Source: an uncultured Methylomirabilota bacterium | GTDB taxonomy: Bacteria > Methylomirabilota > Methylomirabilia > Methylomirabilales > 2-02-FULL-66-22 | DNA: 64,000 nucleotides | Assembly: GCA_963845565.1 (NCBI GenBank) | Contig: CAWJSJ010000002.1 | Span: 256,001 to 320,000 of the forward strand | Direction: 5' to 3' | Shown: positions 20,223 through 34,014 of the stretch, one piece after another | Layout of the letters: every line of letters starts with the position of its first letter | How positions within the stretch are numbered: position 1 is the stretch's first letter | Position numbers and translations under genes: made by a program | The notes under the pieces: model-generated | What the model was told of the DNA's origin: nothing | The model's input: the letters and a program-made list of their open reading frames with translations, nothing else | The model's database searches: none

Positions 20223-22247
20223 CTACGGCCTGATCTCCGCCAGCGCGGCCTCCAGTCGGACGCTCAGTTCTTCCCATTTGCTGTAGAGCGAACCGACACG
20301 CTCCTCCATGTCCTTCCGCTCGCGCGCCACCTCCCGCGCCCGCTCGCCGTCCTTGTAGAGGTCCGGGTTGGCCATCTGGTCGGTGAGTTCGCGCACGCGG
20401 GCCTCGATCCGAGCGATCTCGGCTTCGGTCTCTTTCAATCGCGCCCGGAGCGGCGCGACCTCTCGGCTCTTGCGCTGGCGCGCCTCGGCGTCGGCGCGCT
20501 TGGCCTCCCGCGTCCGTGACTTCGGCGCCTCTGCCGCGCCCGGCTCGCGGCTGGCGGCTGGCGGCTCGGCCGGCGCCGTGATCTTTCGGCCGTTCGGCGC
20601 GCGGTTCCCGGCCTGTGCGGGCGGCGGCGCGGCGACCGCCGCCGCCTGCTCTTCCTCCCGTTTCTCCAGATAGTAGTCGTAATCCCCCGCGTACTCCGCC
20701 AGGCGCCCGTCTCGGACCTCGACCACCTTGGTCGCGATCCGATTGATGAAGTAGCGGTCGTGGGAGATGAAGAGCATGGTGCCATCGAACTGGTCCAGCG
20801 CCTCCTCGAGAATCTCTCGGGCGGTGACGTCCAGGTGGTTGGTCGGCTCGTCCAGGCAGAGGAGGTTCGCCGGACGAAGCAGCATCTTGGCGAGCGCCAG
20901 CCGCCCCTTCTCACCGCCGGACAGGACCGCCACCGGCTTCTCCACGTCGTCACCCGAAAACAGGAAGGCGCCCAGGATCCCCCGCAGACGCGGTTGCATC
21001 GCCAGGTCGGCGACCGAGGCCAGCTCCTCGAGCACCGAGTGCTGGGGATTCAGGGCATCCAGCTGATGTTGCGCATAGTAGTGGACCGACGCGTTGTGCC
21101 CCAGGACGCGGTCCCCCTTCTCGAACGACAGGACCCCGGCCACGATCTTGAGGAGCGTGCTCTTGCCGGCGCCGTTGGGGCCGACCAGCGCCACCCGGTC
21201 TCCCCGGAGCAGGCGGAAATCCACGCCGCGATAGACCGCCGTGTCGCCGTAGGCCTTGTGGATCTTCTTGAGTTCGCTCACCACGGCACCGCTTCGCCCC
21301 GGCTGGGGGAACCGGAAGTGGATGCGCTTGGGGGCGCGGATGGTCTCCACCCGCTCGACCTTGTCCAGCTGTTTGATCCGGCTCTGGACCTGGCGCGCCT
21401 TGGTCGACTTGTACCGGAACTTGCGGATGAACCGCTCCATCTTCTCGATCTGCTCGGCCTGGCTCCGCTGGGCGGCCTCGAGCTGCTCCTGCCGGAGAAG
21501 CTTCTGGGCCTGGTAATCGTCGTAGTCGCCCACGTACAAGCTGAAGCGCCCCTGCTCCAGCTCCGCGATCCGGTCCACCACGCGGTTGAGAAAGTACCGG
21601 TCGTGGGAGATGATCACCACCGTCCCCTCGTAGGCCGCCAGGAAATCTTCGATCCACTGGAGGGACTCGAGGTCCAGGTGGTTGGTCGGTTCGTCCAGCA
21701 GGAGAAGGTCCGGCGACTGGAGCAGGAGGCGGCCCAGGGCGACTCGCATCCGCCAGCCGCCCGACAGCGTGGCCAGCGGGGCGTGGAATGCGTCCGCCGA
21801 GAAGCCCAGACCGTCCAGGATCGCCTTGGCGCGCGCTTCCAGGCCGTACCCGCCCAGGGCCTCGTACCGGTGCTGGAGATCGCCGTAGCGGTGCATGAGC
21901 TCGTGGGAGGTTCCGTTCTCCGCCTCGGCCATCTCGCTGGCCAGGAACTCCAGCTCGCTTTCCAGGCGCTGGATGTCCGGATATCCGGCCAGCACGTGTC
22001 CCAGGGCCGTGCCATCCCCGGCGGGCGCGATCTCCTGGGGCAGATAGCCGATCGTGGTGGTCTTGGCCCGGCGCACCTGGCCCGCGTCCACTTCCATGTC
22101 GCCCATGAGGATCCGGCAGACGGTGGTCTTGCCGGCGCCGTTGGGCCCCACCAGGCCGACCCGCTGACCGCGAGTGATGTGCCAGGTGAGATCCCGGAAG
22201 ACGGTCTGGGCCCCGAAGAATTTGCTGGCCTCTTCGATCTGAATCAT
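20223..22247 (-). CDS. ABC-F family ATPase (YheS/Uup-like)
   Basis: Two GPNGAGK Walker A motifs; LSGG and DEPTNHLD twice; no transmembrane segments; C-terminal coiled coil. Confidence 0.95.
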   Translation of the reverse strand: MIQIEEASKFFGAQTVFRDLTWHITRGQRVGLVGPNGAGKTTVCRILMGDMEVDAGQVRRAKTTTIGYLPQEIAPAGDGTALGHVLAGYPDIQRLESELEFLASEMAEAENGTSHELMHRYGDLQHRYEALGGYGLEARAKAILDGLGFSADAFHAPLATLSGGWRMRVALGRLLLQSPDLLLLDEPTNHLDLESLQWIEDFLAAYEGTVVIISHDRYFLNRVVDRIAELEQGRFSLYVGDYDDYQAQKLLRQEQLEAAQRSQAEQIEKMERFIRKFRYKSTKARQVQSRIKQLDKVERVETIRAPKRIHFRFPQPGRSGAVVSELKKIHKAYGDTAVYRGVDFRLLRGDRVALVGPNGAGKSTLLKIVAGVLSFEKGDRVLGHNASVHYYAQHQLDALNPQHSVLEELASVADLAMQPRLRGILGAFLFSGDDVEKPVAVLSGGEKGRLALAKMLLRPANLLCLDEPTNHLDVTAREILEEALDQFDGTMLFISHDRYFINRIATKVVEVRDGRLAEYAGDYDYYLEKREEEQAAAVAAPPPAQAGNRAPNGRKITAPAEPPAASREPGAAEAPKSRTREAKRADAEARQRKSREVAPLRARLKETEAEIARIEARVRELTDQMANPDLYKDGERAREVARERKDMEERVGSLYSKWEELSVRLEAALAEIRP

Positions 22248-22324
22248 GGCTCCCGTTCGCGCATGGACGCTCCCGGCCGGGTGACTCCGCCCGATGCGGG
22301 CGCCGCCTCACCGGCCGCTCGGCG

Positions 22325-24358
22325 TCAGGAAAACTCCTGGTAGCTGACGGGCGCCATGCGCCAGACGCTCCGGTTGTACTGGGCGACCATCCGGGAGGTG
22401 TTGAAGAAGCTGGCCACTTCGATGCAGTGGATCATGCGGTCGATCCACCGGGACGCGTGCGCGCCCTCGCGGTCGGCCCGCTCGACCTCGCAGTAGTCCC
22501 GCACCATCAGCTCCAGTTTGTCGCACAGCGAGTCGGAGTCCTCGCGGAGCCGGAGATCCATCTCGCGCCCGATCTCCCCGTTCGTCGGGCGGTGGCCGAA
22601 GATTTCGCCGATCTCGTTGTCCGCCGCCTCCACCACCCACCCGTCCATGGTGCTGAGCTGCAGGACGCCGTTCAAGACGGCCTTCATGCCGGACGTGCCG
22701 GACGCCTCGAAGGGCGGCAAGGGGTTGTTGAGCCACACGTCCACGCCGCTGATCAGGAGCTTGGCAACGTAGGTGTCGTAGTTTTCGAGGAAGACCGCCC
22801 GCAGGTGATGCCGGTGCTCCTCCAGCGAGTCGATGATGTTCAGGATCTCCTTGATGTTATCGGTACCGACATGGTCCTCCGGATGGGCTTTGCCGGCGAA
22901 CAGGATCTGCAATCCGCCGTACCGCGTGGCGATGTCCACCAGCCGGTCCGGGCGCTGCAGGATCAGGCTCGGGCGCTTGTACGGCGCGGCGCGGCGCGCC
23001 CAGGCAATCGTGAAGACGTCCTCGCGCACCATCCACGGCCGGAGCAATTCCACGAGCTGCGCCTTGTTCTGCTTGTGGGCCTTCCAGAGTTTCTCCCGAA
23101 ACGCACGGTCGTGGATCAGCTCGCCGACCCGATGCAGGCTGTCGGGGCTGTCCTTCCAGTTCTCGAACACCCGCGGGTACTCGTTGAACAGCTGCTCAAA
23201 GGGCCGGCTGATCCAGGTGGGAATGTGAATCCCGTTGGTGATTCCTCGGATCTTCTCCTCGTGGCTGGGGAACTGGATCTTGGTCACCTCTTCATGTTTC
23301 TTGGCGACCGCGTTCACGTGCTTGCTGGCATTCATCGCCAGGATCGTCAGGTTGACTCGGGCCGAATGGTCATCCTGACCGAAGCGTCGTGCGATCTCGA
23401 GCTCCTCTTCGGTGAGCACCTTGGCCAGCTCGTCGATCGGCAACCGGTCGTGCCCGGCCTCGACCGGGGTGTGGCAGGTGTACGCGAACCGGTCGGTCAG
23501 CGCGGCGACCTCCGCCGGGCTCTTCCCCTTCGCCATCTCCACGAAGGCGAAGGCGGCGTGCCCCTCGTTCAGATGATGGATGTCGATCGCATAGCCGAGC
23601 GCTTGGAGGGCGCGCATCCCCCCGATCCCCAAGACCTTCCGCTGGACGATCTTCCACCAGCTGCTGGAGCTCTGATAGAGCTGGCCGGTCAGCTCCCGCG
23701 CCCAATCCGGATTGTCGGGATGGTTCGAGTCGAGCAGAATCAGCGGGACCACGTGCTGCTTGTCGAAACTGGGAACGTAGTATTTCCAGAGGTGGAACCT
23801 GACCGGGTCCCGGCCGATCTGAAGCTCCACGCCCACGGTCAGTTTGACCAGGCCCGGATAGCTCTGGGGGTCCCAGTCGAATTCCCCTGGGAGCTGGCCG
23901 TAATGGATGCAGAACTGCTGGTCGAAGTACCCCTTGTTCCAGAGGATCCCGACGCCCAGCAGCGGGAGCTTCAGGTCCGCGGCCGATTTCAGGGTGTCGC
24001 CCGCCAAAACCCCCAGGCCACCGCTGTAGATGGGGATGTCCACCAGGGTGTCGATGTGGATGGTGTGGTAGTAGTCCATCTGCCGCAGGTTGGAGAAGAT
24101 CTCGAAGTCCCGCTTCGCGTTCCGGGGTGAGAGCGGCGCCGTGGTCTGGTAGGGATGATAGACGCTGGGGGCGAGCCCGAACTCCATCGAGAAATAGGCG
24201 ACGCTCTTGACCGACGGCTTGACGAGGGCCTCTTCCGCACGCTGGATGACGGCGCACGGAATACCGTAGAATGACACGTCGTTGATGTCGCGCGCGTCAA
24301 AGGCGAAGCCTGCGGTGTCCAGGTTCAGACGTGCGACGATCTCGGGCATACCGGTCAT
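22325..24358 (-). CDS. glgP: Alpha-glucan (glycogen/maltodextrin) phosphorylase
   Basis: YSGGLGVLAGD, HLNEGH, ARRAAPYKR and EASGTSGMK motifs. Confidence 0.93.
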   Translation of the reverse strand: MTGMPEIVARLNLDTAGFAFDARDINDVSFYGIPCAVIQRAEEALVKPSVKSVAYFSMEFGLAPSVYHPYQTTAPLSPRNAKRDFEIFSNLRQMDYYHTIHIDTLVDIPIYSGGLGVLAGDTLKSAADLKLPLLGVGILWNKGYFDQQFCIHYGQLPGEFDWDPQSYPGLVKLTVGVELQIGRDPVRFHLWKYYVPSFDKQHVVPLILLDSNHPDNPDWARELTGQLYQSSSSWWKIVQRKVLGIGGMRALQALGYAIDIHHLNEGHAAFAFVEMAKGKSPAEVAALTDRFAYTCHTPVEAGHDRLPIDELAKVLTEEELEIARRFGQDDHSARVNLTILAMNASKHVNAVAKKHEEVTKIQFPSHEEKIRGITNGIHIPTWISRPFEQLFNEYPRVFENWKDSPDSLHRVGELIHDRAFREKLWKAHKQNKAQLVELLRPWMVREDVFTIAWARRAAPYKRPSLILQRPDRLVDIATRYGGLQILFAGKAHPEDHVGTDNIKEILNIIDSLEEHRHHLRAVFLENYDTYVAKLLISGVDVWLNNPLPPFEASGTSGMKAVLNGVLQLSTMDGWVVEAADNEIGEIFGHRPTNGEIGREMDLRLREDSDSLCDKLELMVRDYCEVERADREGAHASRWIDRMIHCIEVASFFNTSRMVAQYNRSVWRMAPVSYQEFS

Positions 24359-24535
24359 GTGGAGACGCCTTTCGATGGCTGTCGGGATCCATCTCGGTCA
24401 CTGGAGTCGACACGCGAACCACGCCGCGAGCGCTGTCAGGTGGGGACGATACCCGCGAGGATCCTCGGCCAGAGCGAGGCGAGAATGCCCCAGGGACGGA
24501 AACGTGTCAAGCCCAAACCGGCGAAGCCCCCGGGT

Positions 24536-25864
24536 TCAGGACTGCGCCAGCCCCTCTTCGAGGTCCCGGATGATGTCTTCGGCTTTTTCCAGCCCGAACG
24601 ACAGCCGGATGCCGTTCGGTGCGATGCGACCCCGCTTCTGGGCCTCGGGCGGCAGGGCGGCGTGCGTCATGATGCCGGGCGCCTCGATCAGGGTGCGGAT
24701 GTTGCCGAGCGAAACCGCCAGGGTGATGCAGTACGAATGCGTGGCCGCCCAGTTGATCAGCCGCCGGGCCCGCAGGGGCTCCGCCCCGTCCTCGCGCGTT
24801 TCGAAGTACAGGAGCGTCCCGGGCGCGAAGGTGCCGAGCGTGCTCCGCATCTGCTTTTCCGCCAGTAGATACTGCGGGTGGCTGGGGAGGCCCGGATAGT
24901 ACACCCTGCCGATCTTGGGGTGCCGCTCCAGGAACTCGGCGACCTTGAAGGCGGTGTCGATCTGCCGCTTGACCCGCAGCGTCAGCGTCGACAGGCCGTA
25001 GACCAGGATCGCCCACGCCGATTTCGGGGACAGCACCCCCCCGAAATCCTTCCGATACATGAACAACTCTTCCTCGTAACGCTTCGCGCCGATGACCGCG
25101 CCGCCCATGTCGGTGCCGAACCCGCAGATATTCTTGGTCAGCGATTCGATCGAGAGGTCCACGCCCCACTCCAGCGGTCGCTGACAATAGGGCGATGCGA
25201 AGGTGTTGTCGATCAGCACATGGATCTTCCGATCGTCGGGACGGGTGGCGTTGATCTCGTCCCGCAACCCGCACAGCGCGCCGAGGTCCACGATCTCCAT
25301 CGTCGGGTTCGCCGGCGTCTCGGCGTAGAGCACCCGGGTCTCGGGACGGATCGCCGCCCGCACGCTCTCCAGCGCCGTGAAGTCGCAGAAGGTGGTGGCG
25401 ATCTGCTGCCGGGACAGCCATCGGGTCAACAAGGAATAGGTGCACCCGTAGATCGTCCCGAACGCGACGATGTGCTCCCCGGGTTTCAGCAGGATGCCGA
25501 GCGCGGCGGAGATCGCAGCCATCCCGGTGGCGAAGGTGCAGCAGATCTCGCCGCCTTCCGCCCGCGCCAGATCGTCCTCGAGGATACTGCGCGTCGGCTC
25601 GTCCAGCCGGTCGTAGATGTAAACCGGTTCGGCATCCCCCTCGCGGCCGCGGCCGAACTGCAGGAAGCCGCGCCCGCCGCGCTCCGCGGAGTCCAGTCGG
25701 TAGGTGACCGACGACGAGAGCGGCGGCACCGTGTGATGGCTGAAGTCCCAGCGGGCGGTCTGCGCCGTGCCGTGAATCAGGAACGTTGACATCCCGACTC
25801 GCCGACTGTCGCCCGGGCTGCTGGTCGTGGAATACGCGTCCTGGTCCATCTTCTCGTCGGCCAT
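24536..25864 (-). CDS. PLP-dependent Cys/Met metabolism enzyme (methionine gamma-lyase-like)
   Basis: TGMAAI, ETPANP, DNTFASP, SLTK and AVSLG motifs. Confidence 0.9.
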   Translation of the reverse strand: MADEKMDQDAYSTTSSPGDSRRVGMSTFLIHGTAQTARWDFSHHTVPPLSSSVTYRLDSAERGGRGFLQFGRGREGDAEPVYIYDRLDEPTRSILEDDLARAEGGEICCTFATGMAAISAALGILLKPGEHIVAFGTIYGCTYSLLTRWLSRQQIATTFCDFTALESVRAAIRPETRVLYAETPANPTMEIVDLGALCGLRDEINATRPDDRKIHVLIDNTFASPYCQRPLEWGVDLSIESLTKNICGFGTDMGGAVIGAKRYEEELFMYRKDFGGVLSPKSAWAILVYGLSTLTLRVKRQIDTAFKVAEFLERHPKIGRVYYPGLPSHPQYLLAEKQMRSTLGTFAPGTLLYFETREDGAEPLRARRLINWAATHSYCITLAVSLGNIRTLIEAPGIMTHAALPPEAQKRGRIAPNGIRLSFGLEKAEDIIRDLEEGLAQS

Positions 25865-25894
25865 GGGCTCACCTCCACCGCTCTGCAAAAGAGC

Positions 25895-25977
25895 GGACGT
25901 CGAACGACGGACCACCGACGATGGCCATCCCTGTTCGTCGGCCACCGTCGAGGGCTGCGGTCCGTCGTCTGCGGTCA
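25895..25977. repeat. Inverted array of degenerate 7-mer repeats
   Basis: gacgtcg/aacgacg/gaccacc/gacgatg ... cggtccgtcgtctgcggtc. Confidence 0.45.
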
Positions 25978-26166
25978 AGGATAACCCAAACCCGTCCCGA
26001 ATACCACTCCCCCGGGGATGGATGAACGGCAGGGATCGGACGCCTGGCAGTCGTGGGGGCAGGGCGGCGCGCCTCGGGAGAGGCCGTCGAAGGGAACGAC
26101 GCGAGCAGAACGCCCCTCGCGGCCCGAGCGTCTCGGCGGCCGGCCGCGAGGGGCACGATGTCGTGG

Positions 26167-26574
26167 CTATGCCGCGGACGGCACCAGCCGCCCCGACCTC
26201 GGCGGCCGGGCCGGTCGGACCTTGCTCTCCTTGGAGGCCGGCCAGCGCAGGGCGGCTGCGCGCTCCGCGGCAATCTCCTCCCGCGTCCGACGTTTGCGCT
26301 CGCCCGTGCCGAGGTTCATCTCCGCCAGCGCCAGCCGGACCTGCCGGCCCGCATCCAGCATGGCGATCAGGCTGGGAGCGTAGAAACACCGGACCGTGTA
26401 CCCGCAGACGGTGCATCGTTTGTAATGGAACCGCCACATGCCCTCGATGGCGTTGTGACCGACCGGCGCCATGCTGACGAGGCAGCACGGCGAGGGGGCG
26501 ACGGGCGACACGATTCTCTGCGGATAATCGTTGGCGGGCGGGACGTTGTTTCGATATTCAACGATGTTTTCCAT
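26167..26574 (-). CDS. Hypothetical zinc-ribbon-like protein
   Basis: GGAGG RBS; PCC...CTVCGY; basic C-terminal tail. Confidence 0.6.
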   Translation of the reverse strand: MENIVEYRNNVPPANDYPQRIVSPVAPSPCCLVSMAPVGHNAIEGMWRFHYKRCTVCGYTVRCFYAPSLIAMLDAGRQVRLALAEMNLGTGERKRRTREEIAAERAAALRWPASKESKVRPARPPRSGRLVPSAA

Positions 26575-26746
26575 CGGGAGTCCTCCGGAGGGAGGCGGAG
26601 TCGCGTCGGGTGACCAAGAACACGACCCCGCTTCCCCTTTTCGTTCCCCGCAGCCGCGTCCTGGTTTCGGCGCACCCAATCTCGCGCTTGGGTGTCCGAG
26701 CAGCCATGGGGCCCGGTAGATGGAGGGTGCGTCGCCGCTGGGTCGG

Positions 26747-28273
26747 CTACTTCCCCTCCAGGGCGGCAAACAGGCTGGCCTCTCCCCGCTTGAGCAGAAG
26801 GAGAAGCGGCCCGCCGTTTTCCTGCTTCCGTGCTTCGGCCTGAACCGCGGCAACCGAGGTCGCCGGCCGACGATTGATTTCGAGGATGATGTCGCCCGTG
26901 CGGACGCCGGCCTTCTCCGCGGCACTCCCGGGCTGAACCCCGGCTACCAACACCCCGTCGCCCGGGGCAACGCCGGTCCGCTGAGCCATCCGGGCGTCCA
27001 GATCGCGCAGCGCCAACCCCCATTTCCCCTGGGCCGTCTCGGCTTGACTGTCCGGCTCGGCCTCGGCGCGCTCGCCGGGCATCCGGCCGACCTTGACGGA
27101 CAGGATCTGCTCTGATCCGTTGCGCACCACCTTCAGCGGTGCGCTCTTGTCGATGGGCGCCGCTGCCACCAGAGCCGGCAGGTTGCCCACCTCGGCGACC
27201 TCTTTTCCGTCGAAGCCCACGATAACGTCGCCGCGCTTGACGCCGGCCGCCTCGGCCGGGCTCCCCTTGGTGACGTCCGCCACCAGGGCGCCCTTGGTTT
27301 CCTTGAGATTTAGACTCTTGGCCAGCTCGGGCGTGATCGCCTGGACGCTCACCCCCAGATAGCCGCGGGTGACCGCCCCCTTGGTCTCGAGCTGGGGCAG
27401 GAGATTCTTGGCCAGATTGGACGCCACCGCAAAGCCTATCCCCTGGCCGTTCGGGATGATCGCCGTGTTGATCCCGACCACTTCGCCCTTCAGGTTGAAG
27501 AGTGGCCCGCCTGAGTTGCCCGGATTGATTGGGGCGTCCGTCTGGATGAAGTCGTCATAGGGACCCGCGCCGATGACCCGCTTCTTGGCGCTGACGATCC
27601 CGGCCGTGACCGTGTTGCTCAACCCGAACGGGTTCCCCACGGCCACAACCCAATCCCCGACCCGCAATCGGTCCGAGTCGCCCAGGGTCACCGCGACGAG
27701 TGTCCCTTTGGGCTCGATCTTCACCACCGCGAGGTCCGTCTTCGGATCCCGTCCGATAATCTTGGCCGGGTATTCCTGCTTGTCGGCCAGCGTCACGGTG
27801 AGTTCCTTGGCGCCCTCCACCACGTGGTTATTGGTCACGATCAGCCCATCTTTGCTGATGATGAACCCGCTGCCGGCCCCTTGCTGGCGGTGCTCCCGCG
27901 GCATCTGCGGCATCTGGCCGCCGAAGAACTTCTCCATGAAATCGCCGAACGGAGAGTCCTTGCCGAGTCCCTCTGGTCCCATGAAATTCGGACCGCCCAC
28001 CTTCTCGACCTTGGTCACCTTGATGTTCACGACGCTGGGACCCACATGCTCCACCAGGTCCGCGAAGCTGCCGGGCGCCCCCGCTGGCGGCGCAAACGCC
28101 GGGATCACCGTCTCGGCGCCCACCGTCATGGGGTGCACCTTCCCGCCGGCCAGACCGAATCCCAAGCCGCTCCCGACCAACAGCGCTGCTGCCGTTATGA
28201 CCAGCACGCCCTTTCGGGCTATTGCCCACTGTTTTCCCATCTGCCACATACGAACCATCCTTTCGTGTTCCAT
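26747..28273 (-). CDS. DegQ/DegP (HtrA) serine endoprotease with two PDZ domains
   Basis: TNNHV, DLAV and GNSGG catalytic motifs; exact start uncertain. Confidence 0.95.
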   Translation of the reverse strand: MEHERMVRMWQMGKQWAIARKGVLVITAAALLVGSGLGFGLAGGKVHPMTVGAETVIPAFAPPAGAPGSFADLVEHVGPSVVNIKVTKVEKVGGPNFMGPEGLGKDSPFGDFMEKFFGGQMPQMPREHRQQGAGSGFIISKDGLIVTNNHVVEGAKELTVTLADKQEYPAKIIGRDPKTDLAVVKIEPKGTLVAVTLGDSDRLRVGDWVVAVGNPFGLSNTVTAGIVSAKKRVIGAGPYDDFIQTDAPINPGNSGGPLFNLKGEVVGINTAIIPNGQGIGFAVASNLAKNLLPQLETKGAVTRGYLGVSVQAITPELAKSLNLKETKGALVADVTKGSPAEAAGVKRGDVIVGFDGKEVAEVGNLPALVAAAPIDKSAPLKVVRNGSEQILSVKVGRMPGERAEAEPDSQAETAQGKWGLALRDLDARMAQRTGVAPGDGVLVAGVQPGSAAEKAGVRTGDIILEINRRPATSVAAVQAEARKQENGGPLLLLLKRGEASLFAALEGK

Positions 28274-28764
28274 GGGGACCGAACAGATCTCCCCTGCTCT
28301 TGTCTATAAAGATAGTCTGGATTCATGTGAGCCATATTAACCATGCATGAGAATCTCCTAATCTTGGCCCCCCTCCCTGTATTCTCGAACAGCATAGACC
28401 AGACACCCCGTTCCTCCGCTCCGTCGCAACGCCGCCCCCTCCGTGCGTTGACCTGGCGCTGAGGCACCTCCCCACCACCCGATGTCAAGGAGGGTAGCGC
28501 AGAAATGTGTGAGGGGAATTAAGACCGAATGAGTATTTCTTAATCTTTTCGAGGCGGGCGGGCATCGCCGCCTGAGAATAGGGCACTCGGTGCCCCTGAC
28601 GGATCGTCCGGTTGGAGGGAGAGCCTCTCTGCGGAGAGCGCCGAGGAATCGCTGTTGACGGAGGAACGTTTTTGCGGCAGCGTAGGGTCCGCGCCAGCCC
28701 CACGTGCGGACACGCCGTCACTCTGAAATGTCGAGGAGCCCACGTCCGAGGAGGCGAGCAGCCG

Positions 28765-31460
<2,696 letters not shown>

Positions 31461-31652
31461 CGGGCTGGACGACGACCGGCCTCGTGTCGTCTGGAGGACG
31501 ATTTGGCAGCGCGGACACACGGCGACACATCCGCCCGAGCGCCATCCCGACGGCGGCCGGCCCGAGATCCGTGCAACCGCGGAATGGCGGATACTGCGAT
31601 CCCCCATTAAACGGGACAATCTTCGCCTCGATCGCCGCAGACGGGGGCCCGG

Positions 31653-31677
31653 AATGACGCCGACGACTATCCGCCCC
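31653..31677 (+). repeat. 25-bp direct repeat, copy 1 (att-like)
   Basis: aatgacgccgacgactatccgcccc, identical to 36180-36204. Confidence 0.85.
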
Positions 31678-31861
31678 GCGGCGGAGTGTGGAATTCCGGA
31701 GACCGGAGGAGCGGCGAGGGTGTATGGTAGAACGCATGGCAGCACGGGACGAGGTGTGCCCGCGTCCGACTGGCGACGGGCGGGCGCGGCGCGCGCGAGG
31801 CGTGAGCGCGGGCATGGCGTGCGGGCGCAGAGCCGGAGACCAGACGTCTGTGAGGCGGAGC

Positions 31862-32614
31862 ATGGACCAGCCGAGTGATCAGATCAGAGCGCTCATCGAG
31901 CTCCACCGGGGCCTGGAGCGGCAGGGGCCGGGCGATGCGGTTTTTTCCAAGCATATCCTATCGATGATCCCGGGGCTGCCGAGGAGCCCGCGCATCGCCG
32001 ATCTCGGGAGTGGCGCAGGGGCCGGAGCGCTGGTGCTGGCCGAGTGGTTCAATGCGCCGGTGACGGCGGTGGACTTCTCGCGCACATTCCTCGGCGAGCT
32101 GGTGCGCCGCGCCAAGGCGCGGGGGCTGGGGCATCTCGTTCGGACGGTTGAGGCCGACTTCGGGGCGCTGGACTGGCCCGCAGGATCGATCGACCTCTTG
32201 TGGTCGGAAGGGGCCGCCTACACCCTGACCTTCGCCGGCGCCTTGACGGCCTGGCGGCCGCTCCTGGCACCGGGCGGGGTGGCGGCCATCTCGGAGCTGA
32301 GCTGGTTCATGGACGACCCCCCGGAGCCCGTCAGGGAGTACTGGCAAAACGCCTACCCGGCAATCGGGAGCGAGAGCGAGAACGCCGCGCGGGGGCGAGC
32401 TGCCGGCTTCGAGGTGCTCGGCGTGCATCGCCTGCCGGAGCAGGCATGGTGGGCCAACTACTACGACCCGCTCATGGCGCGCATGGATGTGCTGCGGCCG
32501 CATGCCGACAGCGCCATGCAGGCGGCGATCCGGGAGACCGAAGCCGAGATGGAGCTGTTCCGGGCCTTCGGGGATGCCTACGGGTACGCCTTTTACGTGT
32601 TGCGGGCGGCCTGA
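31862..32614 (+). CDS. Class I SAM-dependent methyltransferase
   Basis: [13 protein letters not shown] and DLLWSEGA motifs. Confidence 0.88.
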   Translation: MDQPSDQIRALIELHRGLERQGPGDAVFSKHILSMIPGLPRSPRIADLGSGAGAGALVLAEWFNAPVTAVDFSRTFLGELVRRAKARGLGHLVRTVEADFGALDWPAGSIDLLWSEGAAYTLTFAGALTAWRPLLAPGGVAAISELSWFMDDPPEPVREYWQNAYPAIGSESENAARGRAAGFEVLGVHRLPEQAWWANYYDPLMARMDVLRPHADSAMQAAIRETEAEMELFRAFGDAYGYAFYVLRAA

Positions 32615-32658
32615 GTCCGCGTGCATCGTCGTCCGGTCAACGTGGAGAGGGGCGCGCC

Positions 32659-34014
32659 ATGAATGCCGACAGCCTGTACACTAGCCTTCGGGACGAGATC
32701 CGGCAGATCCGGCTGGTGGATGCCCACAACCACCTGCCCACCGAGGCGGAGTGGCTCGAGCGGCCGGAGACGTTCGGCTACGCCCGCGACTTCACCGCCT
32801 TTCTCGGCTATGCGCGCGGCGACCTGGCCAAGGCGGGCATGCCGCTGGATGCCCTGGCCGGCTCGCTCACGGCCCCCGAGAAATGGGCGCGCATCCGTCC
32901 CCACTGGCCCTACATCCGCTACACGGGCCCCGGGGCGGTCTGCCGTCGGGCGCTCGGGATGTTCTGCGGCGTGGACGACCTGACCGACGAGACGATCCCC
33001 GTCATCGGGGAGCGCGTGCAGGCCCTGTGGCAGCGGGGTGCGTACCGGCGCCTGTTCGCCGAGCAGGCCCGCATCGAGGTCATCGTCAATACCCGGAACG
33101 TCGAGCCCGTCACCGAGACGTATGCCGATTCATTCATGGCGCCTCTGTTGTACAGCGACCTCTTCACGCTGACCCAGAGCCGCCGGGACATCGAGCGGCT
33201 GGAGGTCGCCTCGGGACAGGCGATCTACTCGCTGCAGACGTTCCTGCGGGCGGTGGATACCGTGCTCGAGCAGGGCATCACGCGGCGCGGGTGGGTCGGC
33301 ATCAAGTGGCACAAGGTGCCGTACCTGCGCCCGCCCGACTACGGTCCCCCGGACGCCCGGGCCGCCGAGGAGCGGCTGGTCCGCATCCTGCGCATGCCCG
33401 CCAAGGGAGGGCACGGCTGGGATACCCCCGTCGGATTGGACGAGATGCGGCCGTTCCAAGACTTTCTCCAGCACCACCTGGTGCAGCAGGCCATCGAGTG
33501 GGACGTGGCGATCCAGATCCACACCGGCCAGCTCGGCAGCAGCCAGGGGGCGCAGATTTCCCACACGAAGCCGAGCCACCTGGTGGATCTCTTCCTGCAA
33601 TACCCTCGCGCCCGGTTCGACCTCTTGCACGGCAGCTTCCCGTACTCGGACGAGCTGGGGGCGCTGGCGCAGCTGTTCGCCAACGTTTTCATCAACATGG
33701 CCTGGATGGAGGTCGTCTCCCCGGATGCGGCGAGACGGTATCTGGGTGAGTGGCTCACCTCGATACCATCCAACAAGATCTTTGCCTTCGGCGGCGACCA
33801 GAAGAGCCCGTTCCTGGTCTGTGCTTCAGCCGAGATCGTGCGGGACAACCTGGCCGAGGCCCTGGCGGCGAAGGTGGCCCGCGGCGAGATCTCGCGGACA
33901 CACGCCATCGACATCGCTCGCTGGTACCTGCACGACAACGCCTGGAACCACTTCCAGCTCGAGAAACGGTGGGCCAACATGCTTCGAGGTGTTGAAAGGG
34001 AGGGGAGCCGTTAG
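32659..34014 (+). CDS. Amidohydrolase family protein
   Basis: VDAHNH, IQIHTG, LLHGSFP and FGGD motifs. Confidence 0.85.
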   Translation: MNADSLYTSLRDEIRQIRLVDAHNHLPTEAEWLERPETFGYARDFTAFLGYARGDLAKAGMPLDALAGSLTAPEKWARIRPHWPYIRYTGPGAVCRRALGMFCGVDDLTDETIPVIGERVQALWQRGAYRRLFAEQARIEVIVNTRNVEPVTETYADSFMAPLLYSDLFTLTQSRRDIERLEVASGQAIYSLQTFLRAVDTVLEQGITRRGWVGIKWHKVPYLRPPDYGPPDARAAEERLVRILRMPAKGGHGWDTPVGLDEMRPFQDFLQHHLVQQAIEWDVAIQIHTGQLGSSQGAQISHTKPSHLVDLFLQYPRARFDLLHGSFPYSDELGALAQLFANVFINMAWMEVVSPDAARRYLGEWLTSIPSNKIFAFGGDQKSPFLVCASAEIVRDNLAEALAAKVARGEISRTHAIDIARWYLHDNAWNHFQLEKRWANMLRGVEREGSR

